The notes beneath the pieces are model-generated. The model made no database searches. It saw nothing but the letters and a program-made list of their open reading frames with translations, and was not told the origin of the DNA. A program made the translations under genes and the position numbers. A stretch of DNA of 64,000 nucleotides, taken from the IMG/VR virus record IMGVR_UViG_3300025137_005045. One strand, given 5' to 3'. Origin of the DNA: a virus. Lineage: Duplodnaviria > Caudoviricetes. This document shows positions 19,203 through 29,088 of the stretch, piece after piece (the first letter of the stretch is position 1; each line of letters starts with the position of its first letter).

Positions 19203-19958
19203 ATGGCAGACTTAACTACATTAAAACAAGAAGTGTTTACATATGTTGCTAATCGTTTAGGCGAAGGCATCGTTGATCTAGAATTAGATCCGGCACATTA
19301 TGAAACAGCATACGAAAGAGCAGTCAACACATATAGAACTAGGGCACAGAATGCCTATGAAGAAAGCTATTCGTTATTAACACTTGTTGAAAATCAGAAC
19401 ACATATGTACTACCTACAGAGGTATATACAGTTAGACAAATTTTTAGACGTACCATGGGCGATAGCACAGGTCCACACTCAACAAGTTTTGATCCGTTCT
19501 CTTCAGCAACATTAAATGTCTATTTGCTTAACTATTCTAGTGCAGGCGGACTAGCAACGTTTGATATGTATACTCAGTATGTTGAAATGGCAATGCGTAT
19601 GTTTGGTGGGTATATGAATTATAATTTTGCACCTGTTACCAAACAATTAACAATAATGCGTGATCCTAAATCAAGTGGCGAGCAAGTTCTACTATGGACT
19701 TATAATCTTAAACCAGAGACTATTTTACTACAAGATATTGCAGTTAAACAATGGATTAGAGACTATACCTATGCTGGCTCCAAAATGATTATTGGTGAAG
19801 CACGTGAAAAGTTTGCTACTATTGCAGGTCCACAAGGTGGTTCACCATTGAATGGATCAACACTTAAAGCTGAAGCACAAGCCGAAATGGATAGATTGAT
19901 ACAAGATCTAAGCACATTTGTTGACAACAGCGAACCACTAAGCTGGGTTATTGGTTAA
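19203..19958 (+). CDS. gp13: Neck/head-tail adaptor protein (T4 gp13-like)
   Basis: V..RLG..IVDLEL, WIRDYT.A..K..IG.AR.KF..I.GP.GG..LNG..L..EA..E; late core 19179-19184. Confidence 0.75.
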   Translation: MADLTTLKQEVFTYVANRLGEGIVDLELDPAHYETAYERAVNTYRTRAQNAYEESYSLLTLVENQNTYVLPTEVYTVRQIFRRTMGDSTGPHSTSFDPFSSATLNVYLLNYSSAGGLATFDMYTQYVEMAMRMFGGYMNYNFAPVTKQLTIMRDPKSSGEQVLLWTYNLKPETILLQDIAVKQWIRDYTYAGSKMIIGEAREKFATIAGPQGGSPLNGSTLKAEAQAEMDRLIQDLSTFVDNSEPLSWVIG

Positions 19959-20344
19959 TGAAAATTAACGAAATTATAATTGAAGGCATGGTATTTGCTC
20001 GAGGAGGAGCAGGAGGTGCTGGTGGGTCAGGTAAAGTAAAAATGAAATGGCGATGCGAAACAGGTGCTCGTGCCGGTCGTATAGTTAGTTCACCACAGCA
20101 ATGTGGAGCCGCAGTTGATGTAGGTAAGCGTGCTCAAATGAAAAAAACACGAGCCAGAACTAAAGTAAGACAAGCACGAAAATCAAAAAGAACTAAAAAA
20201 ATGAACGTTAGTAGCCGTATTATGCAGGCTCTAAACAAATTCAAAAGACGTGGTGGTCCTAAGAAAGCGGCCAAATCAAAAATAAGCAAGCCTTTTACAA
20301 AAACCAAATTCCTCAAAAAAATTAAAGCTAAAAAATCCAAGTAG
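19958..20344 (+). CDS. Basic probable internal head protein
   Basis: MKINEIIIE|G leader, then Lys/Arg-rich body. Confidence 0.6.
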   Translation: MKINEIIIEGMVFARGGAGGAGGSGKVKMKWRCETGARAGRIVSSPQQCGAAVDVGKRAQMKKTRARTKVRQARKSKRTKKMNVSSRIMQALNKFKRRGGPKKAAKSKISKPFTKTKFLKKIKAKKSK

Positions 20345-20351
20345 AAATAGG

Positions 20352-20380
20352 TTGACCTTTTAATTTATTAATGCTATACT
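20352..20380 (+). promoter_or_regulatory. Sigma70-type promoter
   Basis: GG-TTGACC-17-TATACT; ATG 7 nt after -10. Confidence 0.75.
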
Positions 20381-20386
20381 TTATGT

Positions 20387-20911
20387 ATGGACCTAATGAT
20401 CGATATCGAAACACTAGCTACAGGACCAGACGCTATGATTATGACGATAGCGGCACAGGTCTTTGATCCCTTATCTACAGGATGGCCGGAAAAGCATTTC
20501 TACGCCAGAATAAGTCCCGAAAGCCAACCTAAGCGGCACATAGATGATACCACAGTAGAATGGTGGGCTCATCAAGGCTCTGAAGCACAAAAAGAAGTAT
20601 TTGAAGAACAGTTCCGTAGAGACCTGGGTGACTGTTTAGAAGAACTAGGAAAACTAATATGGCAAAGTGAAAAAATATGGGCCAATGGTATTTGTTTTGA
20701 TATGAATATATTAGAGCATGCGTTTAAGGAATATGGTATTACATTACCATGGAAGTTTTGGAATGTAAGAGATGCCAGGACTTTATATTCATTATGGCCA
20801 GATTTGCCACAAGAAAAGTCAGCAAGCCATCATGCGTTAGATGATTGTAAACGTCAAATCAAGATGTTACAAGACTGTGTTAAACACTTAGGAATAAACA
20901 AAATAAAATGA
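20387..20911 (+). CDS. DEDDh 3'-5' exonuclease (DexA/RNase T-like)
   Basis: MIDIETL, GICFD, HHALDD. Confidence 0.8.
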   Translation: MDLMIDIETLATGPDAMIMTIAAQVFDPLSTGWPEKHFYARISPESQPKRHIDDTTVEWWAHQGSEAQKEVFEEQFRRDLGDCLEELGKLIWQSEKIWANGICFDMNILEHAFKEYGITLPWKFWNVRDARTLYSLWPDLPQEKSASHHALDDCKRQIKMLQDCVKHLGINKIK

Positions 20912-21522
20912 TTATAGCAATTAGCGGACTTATTGGATGTGGTAAAGACACTGTAGCAGATTATCTTGTAAACAATCATGAATTCAGACAAGAAAGTTTC
21001 GCCGGCAATCTTAAAGATAGCATGTCTGCTGTATTTGGTTGGGACCGTGACATGCTAGAAGGTCGTTCAAAATTAAGTAGAGAGTGGCGAGAACAAGTCG
21101 ACGAATGGTGGGCGAACCGTTTAGATATTCCGCACTTAACACCTCGTTGGATTTTACAATATGTAGGCACAGATGTTATTCGTGGTAAGTTTCATGATGA
21201 TATGTGGTTAGCTAGTTTAGAAAATAAACTTAGAAACACAAAAGACAATATTGTTATCTCAGATGTTCGTTTTAAAAATGAAGTTAAGATGTTAAAGGCA
21301 CTTGGTGCTGTCTGCATAGAAGTTACTAGAGGTGATCGTCCTGATTGGTATCATATTGCTTTAGATGGTGATATCGAAAGTCTTGAAAAATTAGGTGTTC
21401 ATAGAAGTGAATATGATTGGATCGGTACTAGGTTTGATCATACATTAGATAACAACAACACTCTTGAAGATCTGTACAAACAAGTTGAATTAATCACCTG
21501 CATCAGCTACTGGTGTTCATGA
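20908..21522 (+). CDS. gp1: Deoxynucleoside monophosphate kinase (T4 gp1-like)
   Basis: IIAISGLIGCGKDTVAD, FA..LK, PR.ILQ.VGT, ISDVRF.NE. Confidence 0.85.
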   Translation: MIIAISGLIGCGKDTVADYLVNNHEFRQESFAGNLKDSMSAVFGWDRDMLEGRSKLSREWREQVDEWWANRLDIPHLTPRWILQYVGTDVIRGKFHDDMWLASLENKLRNTKDNIVISDVRFKNEVKMLKALGAVCIEVTRGDRPDWYHIALDGDIESLEKLGVHRSEYDWIGTRFDHTLDNNNTLEDLYKQVELITCISYWCS

Positions 21523-21527
21523 TACAA

Positions 21528-21872
21528 TTAATCAGGAGTTAAGTCACCAGGTTTCCATCCTGTACGTTGTGCTTGGATAAATGCAGTACAATTTAAACAA
21601 ACAGTTCGTAAGTTTAATAACTCAGAATTATTTAGATTGCCATCCATGTGATGTACCCTCATCTGGCTAGCATGCTTGCATTGAAATCCACAAACATCAC
21701 ATATTCTCTTTATTTTATAACCACTAGATGCCCAACGTGGAGTAGGTACTTTTTTCTTTTTATTTCTATTAATACAGGATAAACAACGACTACGGAAATA
21801 GGTTTTTCCTTGGCGTTTATAGTTAATTGCACATGTATTATAGTTACATGCACTGCAAATGGGTCTTTTCAT
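21528..21872 (-). CDS. Zn-binding HNH endonuclease-like protein
   Basis: CxxC, CDVCG, VHHMDGN..N...NLRTVCLNC. Confidence 0.7.
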   Translation of the reverse strand: MKRPICSACNYNTCAINYKRQGKTYFRSRCLSCINRNKKKKVPTPRWASSGYKIKRICDVCGFQCKHASQMRVHHMDGNLNNSELLNLRTVCLNCTAFIQAQRTGWKPGDLTPD

Positions 21873-21998
21873 ACATATATTTATTAAATATTAGACCTTT
21901 ATAAAGGCGTCTATAAACCACCAATTAATCAATATTGTAATAAATATTCGTAACGAAGTAAAAGGTAACTTAGTTACTATTAATTAGAGGACAATAAA

Positions 21999-24900
21999 AT
22001 GGCATTAGTATCCCCAGGAGTAGAGGTTAGTGTAGTTGATCAAAGTCAATATCTACCTGCACCAACAAATTCAGTTCCATATATCTTGATTGCAACTGCA
22101 CAAGATAAAACAAGTGGAACAGCAACATCAACAGCGACAGGAACAACATTAGCAAATGCTAATAAAATTAATTTAATTACTAGCCAAAGAGAACTGGTAT
22201 CAACATATGGTGATCCAACTTTTTATAATACATCAGCCGGCACACCAATTAACGCTTTCGAACTAAATGAATATGGTTTATTAGCGGCTTACTCAGTTTT
22301 AGGTATTAGTAATAGAGCATATGTTCAACGTGTTAATGTTGACACTGCACAGCTTTCCGCATCATTATCCAGACCATTGGGTCGTAGTGATAATAATTCA
22401 TACTGGTTAGACACAGCACAATCAACATGGGGCTTACATGAATGGTCAGGAACAACTAATTCATTCACTAATAAAGTTCCAACAGTTATTACATCAACAA
22501 CTGACTTAGACGGCGGTATACCTAAAGCATCAATTGGTGCTATCGGAGATTATGCAGTGGTAGCAACTAATGCCTCTAACCCTGTGTATTTCAAAAATAG
22601 ATCAAATGCTTGGGTACTAGTCGGATCTGATGATTGGCACAACAGCTGGCCAACAATCCAAGGTACAGTAACAAGTCCAGCTATAACATCAGGACATAGT
22701 ATTGTTATTAACGGAACAACAGTTACCACTGGCGGAACAACTGCAACAGCTTTAATTAATGCAATTAATTCGGCTTCTATTGTTGGTGTAACAGCCGCGG
22801 TAGTAAACAACAAAGTTGAAATTTATGCAGATAGCGAAGTTTCAGATGATGGGTCTTCATTGGAAGGTGCATTAGTATTAGGTAACGGCTCAGGTACTAT
22901 ATTAACAGATGCTGGATTAACAGCAAAAACATATTACTATCCAAGATTGAGACAGTCACAACATTATTCAAATCCACGTTGGGCAACAACAGATACTGCT
23001 CCTCGTCCTACAGGTTCTATATGGATTAAAACAACAGCAGTAAACAACGGTGCTGATATAATTGTAAAAAATTATAATTCAACTACAGAACTGTGGTCAA
23101 CTATAAGTGCACCAATATATGAAAACGATGTTACTGCACTTAAAAAAATTGATCCAACAGGCGGTGGTGTGAATATTGCGGCTAATACATTATACGTTCA
23201 ATATGATTCTGCAGAAGCAGATAATGCAACATATAGAATCTATAGAAGATATGCTACAGGTGCAACAACAGTTACATCAGCTGATACTAGCCCAACATTC
23301 GTAAATTCAGAAACATTTACTATATCAGCAAGTGTTAAAAATTCAACAACAATGTCGACAGCAGTTACAGCAATATTAGGCGGAACAGCCGCCGCTGACT
23401 TTGTAACAGCATTTAATGCGGCCAATGTAGCTAACACACTAGCTTCTGTAGTTAACGGTGCTGTTAGAATAACACATACACAAGGTGGTGTTATTATTCT
23501 TAAAGATGTATCAGGAACACCAGTAGCTGATGCAGGTATTAACTCAACATTAGATACTGTTAAAGCAGGTAACAACAATGACGTTGTGCTTTCTAACTAT
23601 GTTCCACTAACATACACAGCATCAGCAACTGAACCAACACAAGATCCAGCAGAAGGTACATATTGGTATTATTCAGCAACTGACCAAGTTGATATATTAA
23701 TACAGGATGGTGGTGTATGGAAAGGTTATAAAGGTGTAACTAACGATGCTAGAGGATTTGATCTATCACAAACTTCACCAAATGGACCAATTGTATCAGC
23801 AACTGCTCCTACAACACAATCAGATGCTTCAGCATTAGTATATGGTGACTTATGGATTGGAACAGCAGACTTAGATAACTATCCTAAAGTATACAGATGG
23901 CAATCGGTTGAAGGTATTGATCAATGGGTAGTCATTGATACAACTGATCAAACTACATTAAACGGTATTTTATATGCAGATGCACGTTGGGGAACAGCAG
24001 GCACAGTTGATCCTGTAACCGACGATATTCCAACTATTGTATCCTTACAAACCAGTGATTATGTTGATTTAGACGTACCATCCCCAACATTGTATGCAGA
24101 AGGTTCATTGTTATGGAACACACGTCGTTCAGGTTTTAATGTTAAATCATTCCAAGTAAATTATTTTAATTCTACAGACTTTACTGGAACATTACCTGCA
24201 CAGAAAGATGCGTGGGTTAATGCAAGTGGTAATAAAGCAGATGGTTCCCCATACATGGGACGTAAAGCAGTACGTAAAATTATAGTTGCGGCATTAGAAG
24301 CAGGCCTCGATGCTAATACATCAATACGTGAAGAACAGAAACAATTTAATTTATTAGCGGCACCTGGTTATCCAGAACTAATTGATAATCTAGTAGCTCT
24401 AAATAATGATAGAAATAATACAGGTTTTGTAATTGGTGATTCACCATTTAGATTAACAGACAATGCAACAGATGTTGTTAATTGGGCAACTGACGCAGGC
24501 GGAGCTGGAACAGACAGTGAAGACGGTCTTTCAACAGCAGATCCATATGTAGCAGTATTTTACCCAAGTGCTAAAACAAACGACTTAGCAGGTAATAAAG
24601 TTGTTGTTCCACCATCACACGTGATGTTAAGAACAATAGTTAAGTCTGATGAAGTTGGCTTTCCATGGTTAGCACCAGCAGGTGCATTACGTGGAACTAT
24701 TGACAATGCAGAAGCTCTTGGTTATGTTAATGCACTAACGGGTGAGTTCGAACAGATATCTGTTAGAGAGTCATTACGTGATACACTTTACGCAAATAGA
24801 GTTAACCCATTAACATTTATTCCAGGTTCAGGATTACAGAATTATGGTAACAAAACTATAGCGGCAACTCCATCAGCACTTGATAGAATTAACGTAGCAA

Positions 24901-25205
24901 GACTAGTTGCTTTCATACGTGATAGATTAGAAGTGTTAGGTAGAGGATTTATATTTGAACCAAACGACACAGTTACTAGAAACGAAGTTAAAAATGCGTG
25001 CGAACAGTTATTAAATGATATAACTGCTAAACGTGGTATTTACGACTATCTAGTAGTATGTGATGATACAAATAATACACCAGAACGTATTGATCGTAAC
25101 GAATTATACGTTGATATAGCAATTGAACCTACTAAATCTGTGGAATTCATTTACATTCCATTAAGAATTAAAAACACAGGCGATATTGAAGCAGGTAATT
25201 TATAG
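21999..25205 (+). CDS. gp18: Tail sheath protein, enlarged (1068 aa)
   Basis: MALVSPGVEV, C-terminal PPS, W.APAG..RG, RINVARL, FEPND, VVCD.TNNTP..IDRNE..VDIAIEP.K..EFIYIP. Confidence 0.92.
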   Translation: MALVSPGVEVSVVDQSQYLPAPTNSVPYILIATAQDKTSGTATSTATGTTLANANKINLITSQRELVSTYGDPTFYNTSAGTPINAFELNEYGLLAAYSVLGISNRAYVQRVNVDTAQLSASLSRPLGRSDNNSYWLDTAQSTWGLHEWSGTTNSFTNKVPTVITSTTDLDGGIPKASIGAIGDYAVVATNASNPVYFKNRSNAWVLVGSDDWHNSWPTIQGTVTSPAITSGHSIVINGTTVTTGGTTATALINAINSASIVGVTAAVVNNKVEIYADSEVSDDGSSLEGALVLGNGSGTILTDAGLTAKTYYYPRLRQSQHYSNPRWATTDTAPRPTGSIWIKTTAVNNGADIIVKNYNSTTELWSTISAPIYENDVTALKKIDPTGGGVNIAANTLYVQYDSAEADNATYRIYRRYATGATTVTSADTSPTFVNSETFTISASVKNSTTMSTAVTAILGGTAAADFVTAFNAANVANTLASVVNGAVRITHTQGGVIILKDVSGTPVADAGINSTLDTVKAGNNNDVVLSNYVPLTYTASATEPTQDPAEGTYWYYSATDQVDILIQDGGVWKGYKGVTNDARGFDLSQTSPNGPIVSATAPTTQSDASALVYGDLWIGTADLDNYPKVYRWQSVEGIDQWVVIDTTDQTTLNGILYADARWGTAGTVDPVTDDIPTIVSLQTSDYVDLDVPSPTLYAEGSLLWNTRRSGFNVKSFQVNYFNSTDFTGTLPAQKDAWVNASGNKADGSPYMGRKAVRKIIVAALEAGLDANTSIREEQKQFNLLAAPGYPELIDNLVALNNDRNNTGFVIGDSPFRLTDNATDVVNWATDAGGAGTDSEDGLSTADPYVAVFYPSAKTNDLAGNKVVVPPSHVMLRTIVKSDEVGFPWLAPAGALRGTIDNAEALGYVNALTGEFEQISVRESLRDTLYANRVNPLTFIPGSGLQNYGNKTIAATPSALDRINVARLVAFIRDRLEVLGRGFIFEPNDTVTRNEVKNACEQLLNDITAKRGIYDYLVVCDDTNNTPERIDRNELYVDIAIEPTKSVEFIYIPLRIKNTGDIEAGNL

Positions 25206-25225
25206 TAGTAATAAACTACGCACTT

Positions 25226-25249
25226 AATGGTTCTTCGGAGCCATTTTTT
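25226..25249 (+). terminator. Intrinsic terminator
   Basis: AATGGTTC-TTCG-GAGCCATT plus TTTT. Confidence 0.8.
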
Positions 25250-25304
25250 GCGACCACGGATCGATAAATAGTAGTAGAAAGATATTTATTAAGGAGAAAT
25301 ACAC

Positions 25305-25922
25305 ATGGCTGTTTCATCATTAACTAGGATGTCAGTTCCTTTAGCGTCAGATCAAAGTGCATCTAACCAAGGACTGTTAATGCCTAAATTAAAGTATCGT
25401 TTTAGAACGGTATTTGAAAACTTTGGTGTATCATCACCAAGAACAGAATTAACTAAACAAGTTATTTCATTTGCTAGACCTTCATTATCATTTGAAGAAA
25501 TGCCGATTGAGTTATATAACTCTCGTATGTACCTAGCAGGTAAACACACTTGGGAAACCACAACAGTTGAATTACGTGACGATGCTAGTGGTGCAGTTGC
25601 TAAACTAATGGGCGAACAACTACAGAAACAATTAGACTTTATGGAACAATCATCTGCATCAGCAGGTATTGACTATAAATTTATCACACGTTGCGAAATA
25701 CTTGACGGTGGTAATGGTGCTAATGAACCAAATGTTTTAGAAACTTGGGAACTATATGGTTGTTACCTAACAGCAGTTAACTATAATGACTTGTCATATG
25801 GTGAAAGTGCTCCTGTAACAATTTCAGCAACTATCAGATTCGACAATGCTATCCAAACACCGTTGGGTGATGGAGTTGGTACAGCAGTAGGTAGAACATT
25901 AGGCACAGTAGTAACAGGATAA
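25305..25922 (+). CDS. gp19: Tail tube protein
   Basis: KYRFR..F, ARP, ..YLAGK.TWE, WELYGC...VNY..LSY..S.P.TIS.TIRFD; follows sheath; late core 25265-25270. Confidence 0.85.
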   Translation: MAVSSLTRMSVPLASDQSASNQGLLMPKLKYRFRTVFENFGVSSPRTELTKQVISFARPSLSFEEMPIELYNSRMYLAGKHTWETTTVELRDDASGAVAKLMGEQLQKQLDFMEQSSASAGIDYKFITRCEILDGGNGANEPNVLETWELYGCYLTAVNYNDLSYGESAPVTISATIRFDNAIQTPLGDGVGTAVGRTLGTVVTG

Positions 25923-25927
25923 TTTAG

Positions 25928-27118
25928 ATGGCCGGAATCTTTGGGGACGTTTTAAAAGGCTTCCTCGGTAGCGATTATCTTAAAGACTATAGGCATGCCA
26001 GCAAAACCTTTAGGTCAGCTGGCTTTGAGTTAGCTCCACGATTTAAATTTTTATTCCATGTACATTTCAATTTAAATGTAACGGAGCTACCAGGTCTAAG
26101 AAATGCGTTTGGTACTCAAGATCAAAGCAATCTTAGTGTCCTAGTTAAAAATATAACACTACCAAACTACTCTTTAGACGTAGACGAATTCAATCAGTAT
26201 AATAGAAAACGTTTAGTCCATTCAAAAATCAATTACGAGCCAGTAACTGTAGAGTTCCACGACGACGGAGCAGATCTTGTTCGTAATCTATGGTTTAAAT
26301 ATTTTAGTTATTATTATAAAGACCCAAGCCAACCGTACAGTGCTCCTGGAGTAAACAACCAAGTTTCTACAGGTGGCATTAATAATGCACCAGTAGGACA
26401 AAGTAATTATAATACCAGAGACATCTATACTCAAAATAGAGCAGGTAGTGATTGGGGATATTCAGCAGAAGATAGTACTGGCAGTGGTAACAAACCAAGT
26501 TTCTTTAAGGATATTACAGTCTATGGTTTTAATCAACATGATTTTGTTTCATATACATTAATCAATCCTCAAATTACAGAAATGCGTCATGATCAATATG
26601 ATTATAGTCAAGGCGGTGAACCAATGGCTAATACTATGACTATTAAGTATGAAACAGTCAAGTATGGTGCAGGAGCTCTTAACGGAAAAACAGGTGCACC
26701 AATACCTGGATTTGCAAATCCAGAGAACTATGATAAAGAACCAAGTGCATTAAGTCAACCAGGATCAAACTCATCAATATTAGGCCAAGGCGGAATACTA
26801 GATGGGGGTGTTGGTATATTTGAAGATTTATCAACAGGAGATATTTTAGGTGCCGCCAAAAAAGCAGGCAGAATATATAACATCTTTGATAAAGGTGATG
26901 TAAGCATGGAAGGTGCTAAAGAAGAAGTATTAGGAGTAGTACTGCGTGAGGGTTTACCAACGGTAGCATCAGGTGATTTTAGTTTTGCGACACCTCCAAC
27001 TTCTAAAAGAACTACAGGCAGTCTAACATCAACAGCTACACCAGACACTTCAGTAACGACATCTAGTCTCATTTCTAGTAACGGCAAAGCTATCGGCTCC
27101 ACAACTATAGTTCGATGA
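25928..27118 (+). CDS. Tube-fold protein (tube initiator/baseplate hub-like)
   Basis: K.I.LP.Y......NQYNRKR.V..KI.Y.PV...FHDD, YTL.NP.I....HD..DYS, .TI.YE. Confidence 0.6.
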   Translation: MAGIFGDVLKGFLGSDYLKDYRHASKTFRSAGFELAPRFKFLFHVHFNLNVTELPGLRNAFGTQDQSNLSVLVKNITLPNYSLDVDEFNQYNRKRLVHSKINYEPVTVEFHDDGADLVRNLWFKYFSYYYKDPSQPYSAPGVNNQVSTGGINNAPVGQSNYNTRDIYTQNRAGSDWGYSAEDSTGSGNKPSFFKDITVYGFNQHDFVSYTLINPQITEMRHDQYDYSQGGEPMANTMTIKYETVKYGAGALNGKTGAPIPGFANPENYDKEPSALSQPGSNSSILGQGGILDGGVGIFEDLSTGDILGAAKKAGRIYNIFDKGDVSMEGAKEEVLGVVLREGLPTVASGDFSFATPPTSKRTTGSLTSTATPDTSVTTSSLISSNGKAIGSTTIVR

Positions 27119-27154
27119 TTTCCCACCTAGGCCGTAATAAGGTTAAATACTAGT

Positions 27155-27517
27155 ATGGCAACAGTAAACATTACAAAAGACAATTTAGACTCTACGGTCA
27201 AAATATTTGACACATTCTATAATACAGAAATAGTTATAAATTCTAATGACTTTGATAAAGTCCGTTCATTCTTTATTCTGAACAGTGATGATGTTGCAAT
27301 TGCAGATGACTTTACAGCATCATTCTTTAAGATACAACAAAATTATAACACAACTGTAGATGAGCTATTAGAAAAATTTAAAGGCTTAGCAGACCCTATT
27401 GCAATGGATGAAACTATTGCTTATTATCTAAATGGTCTAAGATCAAAATCAACATTACTTGGTGTTAGCGTATTACAGCAACCTAACTTATATGCGGCAC
27501 GTAATGTTAGCAAATAA
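27155..27517 (+). CDS. Hypothetical late protein
   Basis: 120 aa ORF, late core 27144-27149. Confidence 0.65.
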   Translation: MATVNITKDNLDSTVKIFDTFYNTEIVINSNDFDKVRSFFILNSDDVAIADDFTASFFKIQQNYNTTVDELLEKFKGLADPIAMDETIAYYLNGLRSKSTLLGVSVLQQPNLYAARNVSK

Positions 27518-27954
27518 TGGCTAGCAAATTTGCAAATGGCCTTTACTCAATAATGAATCCTGACAAATACGTAGGTAAAAAAGCACCTAGGTATAGATCA
27601 AGTTGGGAACACGCATTTATGCAATTTTGTGATAAGCATACTAGTGTAGTTAAATGGGCTAGTGAGAGTGTACGTATTCCTTATAAACATCCACTAACTG
27701 GAAAACAAACAAATTACGTTCCTGACTTTTTAGTACAGTACCAAGACAAACGGGGTAAATTAGTAACAGAGCTGGTAGAAATTAAACCCAAGAAACAAAG
27801 TATAATTGAAAGCAAGAATGCTAATAGAGCTACTAGAGAAACTGTAGCCATCAATCATGCTAAATGGGACCAAGCCATGCGTTGGTGTAAAGCAAACGGT
27901 ATTACGTTTAGAGTAGTTACCGAAGACGACATATTTAGAAGCGGAAGTAGATAA
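27517..27954 (+). CDS. gp4: Head completion nuclease (T4 gp4/TnsA-like)
   Basis: YRSSWE..FM.FCD, WASE..IPY, Y.PDF, EIKP.KQ, N.AKW, F.V.TE.D. Confidence 0.85.
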   Translation: MASKFANGLYSIMNPDKYVGKKAPRYRSSWEHAFMQFCDKHTSVVKWASESVRIPYKHPLTGKQTNYVPDFLVQYQDKRGKLVTELVEIKPKKQSIIESKNANRATRETVAINHAKWDQAMRWCKANGITFRVVTEDDIFRSGSR

Positions 27955-28451
27955 TGACAAAAAAATTAGAAGAATTATTTGATTTAAGTCCATCAGAGTC
28001 AAAAACAGAAATCACTGATGTTAATGAACCGTTACCACAGAAATCTGGAGAGTTACCTGCAGAAACATTGGTAAAAATTGATAAAATAGAAACAGCTCTT
28101 CCGGCAGTAAAAGGTTTAGAAGCAAGTGATCAAGAAATGGACGAGCTAGGACAGTTAGCTAAAGACTCTTATAAAGACTTAATGGATCTAGGTATGAATG
28201 TGGATAGTCGTTTTGCTAGCGAAATATTTGGCGTAGCAAGTAATATGTTAAATCATGCTATATCAGCTAAAACTGCAAAAATAAACAAAAAATTAAAGAT
28301 GATTGATCTACAATTAAAGAAAGCCGCACAAGATCAAAAGAAATTAGTAGACAACGCAGGTAACGAACCAATGGAAACCGGACAAGGTTATGTATTAGAT
28401 CGAAATGAAATGCTTAAAGAGTTATTAAAAAATAAAGACACAAAAGAATAA
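27954..28451 (+). CDS. Probable terminase small subunit (gp16-like)
   Basis: Helical LMDLGMNVDSRFASEIF.VA..ML segment; follows gp4. Confidence 0.45.
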   Translation: MTKKLEELFDLSPSESKTEITDVNEPLPQKSGELPAETLVKIDKIETALPAVKGLEASDQEMDELGQLAKDSYKDLMDLGMNVDSRFASEIFGVASNMLNHAISAKTAKINKKLKMIDLQLKKAAQDQKKLVDNAGNEPMETGQGYVLDRNEMLKELLKNKDTKE

Positions 28452-28488
28452 AGTAGCATAAATATACGCATAGTTAGGGGAAATAATA

Positions 28489-29076
28489 ATGAAAACATTT
28501 ACAGAATATTTAACAGAGTCAAAGCAAACTTACTCATATCGAGTTAAAGTAGCTGGTGGCTGTGATAAGGATTGTCTTAAAGAACTAGAAGACAAATTAA
28601 CAAAATATGATTTGATTAAAATGTCAGATCCAAAAACAACTCCTGTTACGGAAGATCCATTAGATTTTCCAGGCGTTAAAAACATGGAAGTTTGTATTTT
28701 CGAAATTGAATTAGATTATCCAGCAAGTGCAGATGAGTTATATGAAATTCTTGAATCTTGTACATCAAAAGCTAAATCAAACATTAAAGTAACATCAAAA
28801 CATTTTGCAGATTCATGGGAAGAAAATGAAGGTGCAGAGGCTGAAGAAGCTCCGATACTTGAAAAAGAGTATGACGAACAAAATAAAGCAGAAAAGGATG
28901 CTAGTGAACTATATGCAGATCCTAGTAAAGCAGTACCTGAAGAAACAAGAAAACATGAAATAGCAGGAGGAACTACCCCTAAGGCTCCTACTACTAATGA
29001 TCTACCAATGGGCGACAAAAGTGCTATGGGTAGTCAGAAAAATAAATTACCAAACGTTAAATCGTTTGCAAGATAA
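28489..29076 (+). CDS. Probable internal head/core protein
   Basis: MKTFTEYLTE|S leader like T4 CTS; acidic C-half; late core 28459-28464. Confidence 0.6.
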   Translation: MKTFTEYLTESKQTYSYRVKVAGGCDKDCLKELEDKLTKYDLIKMSDPKTTPVTEDPLDFPGVKNMEVCIFEIELDYPASADELYEILESCTSKAKSNIKVTSKHFADSWEENEGAEAEEAPILEKEYDEQNKAEKDASELYADPSKAVPEETRKHEIAGGTTPKAPTTNDLPMGDKSAMGSQKNKLPNVKSFAR

Positions 29077-29088
29077 GAGGATACTACT

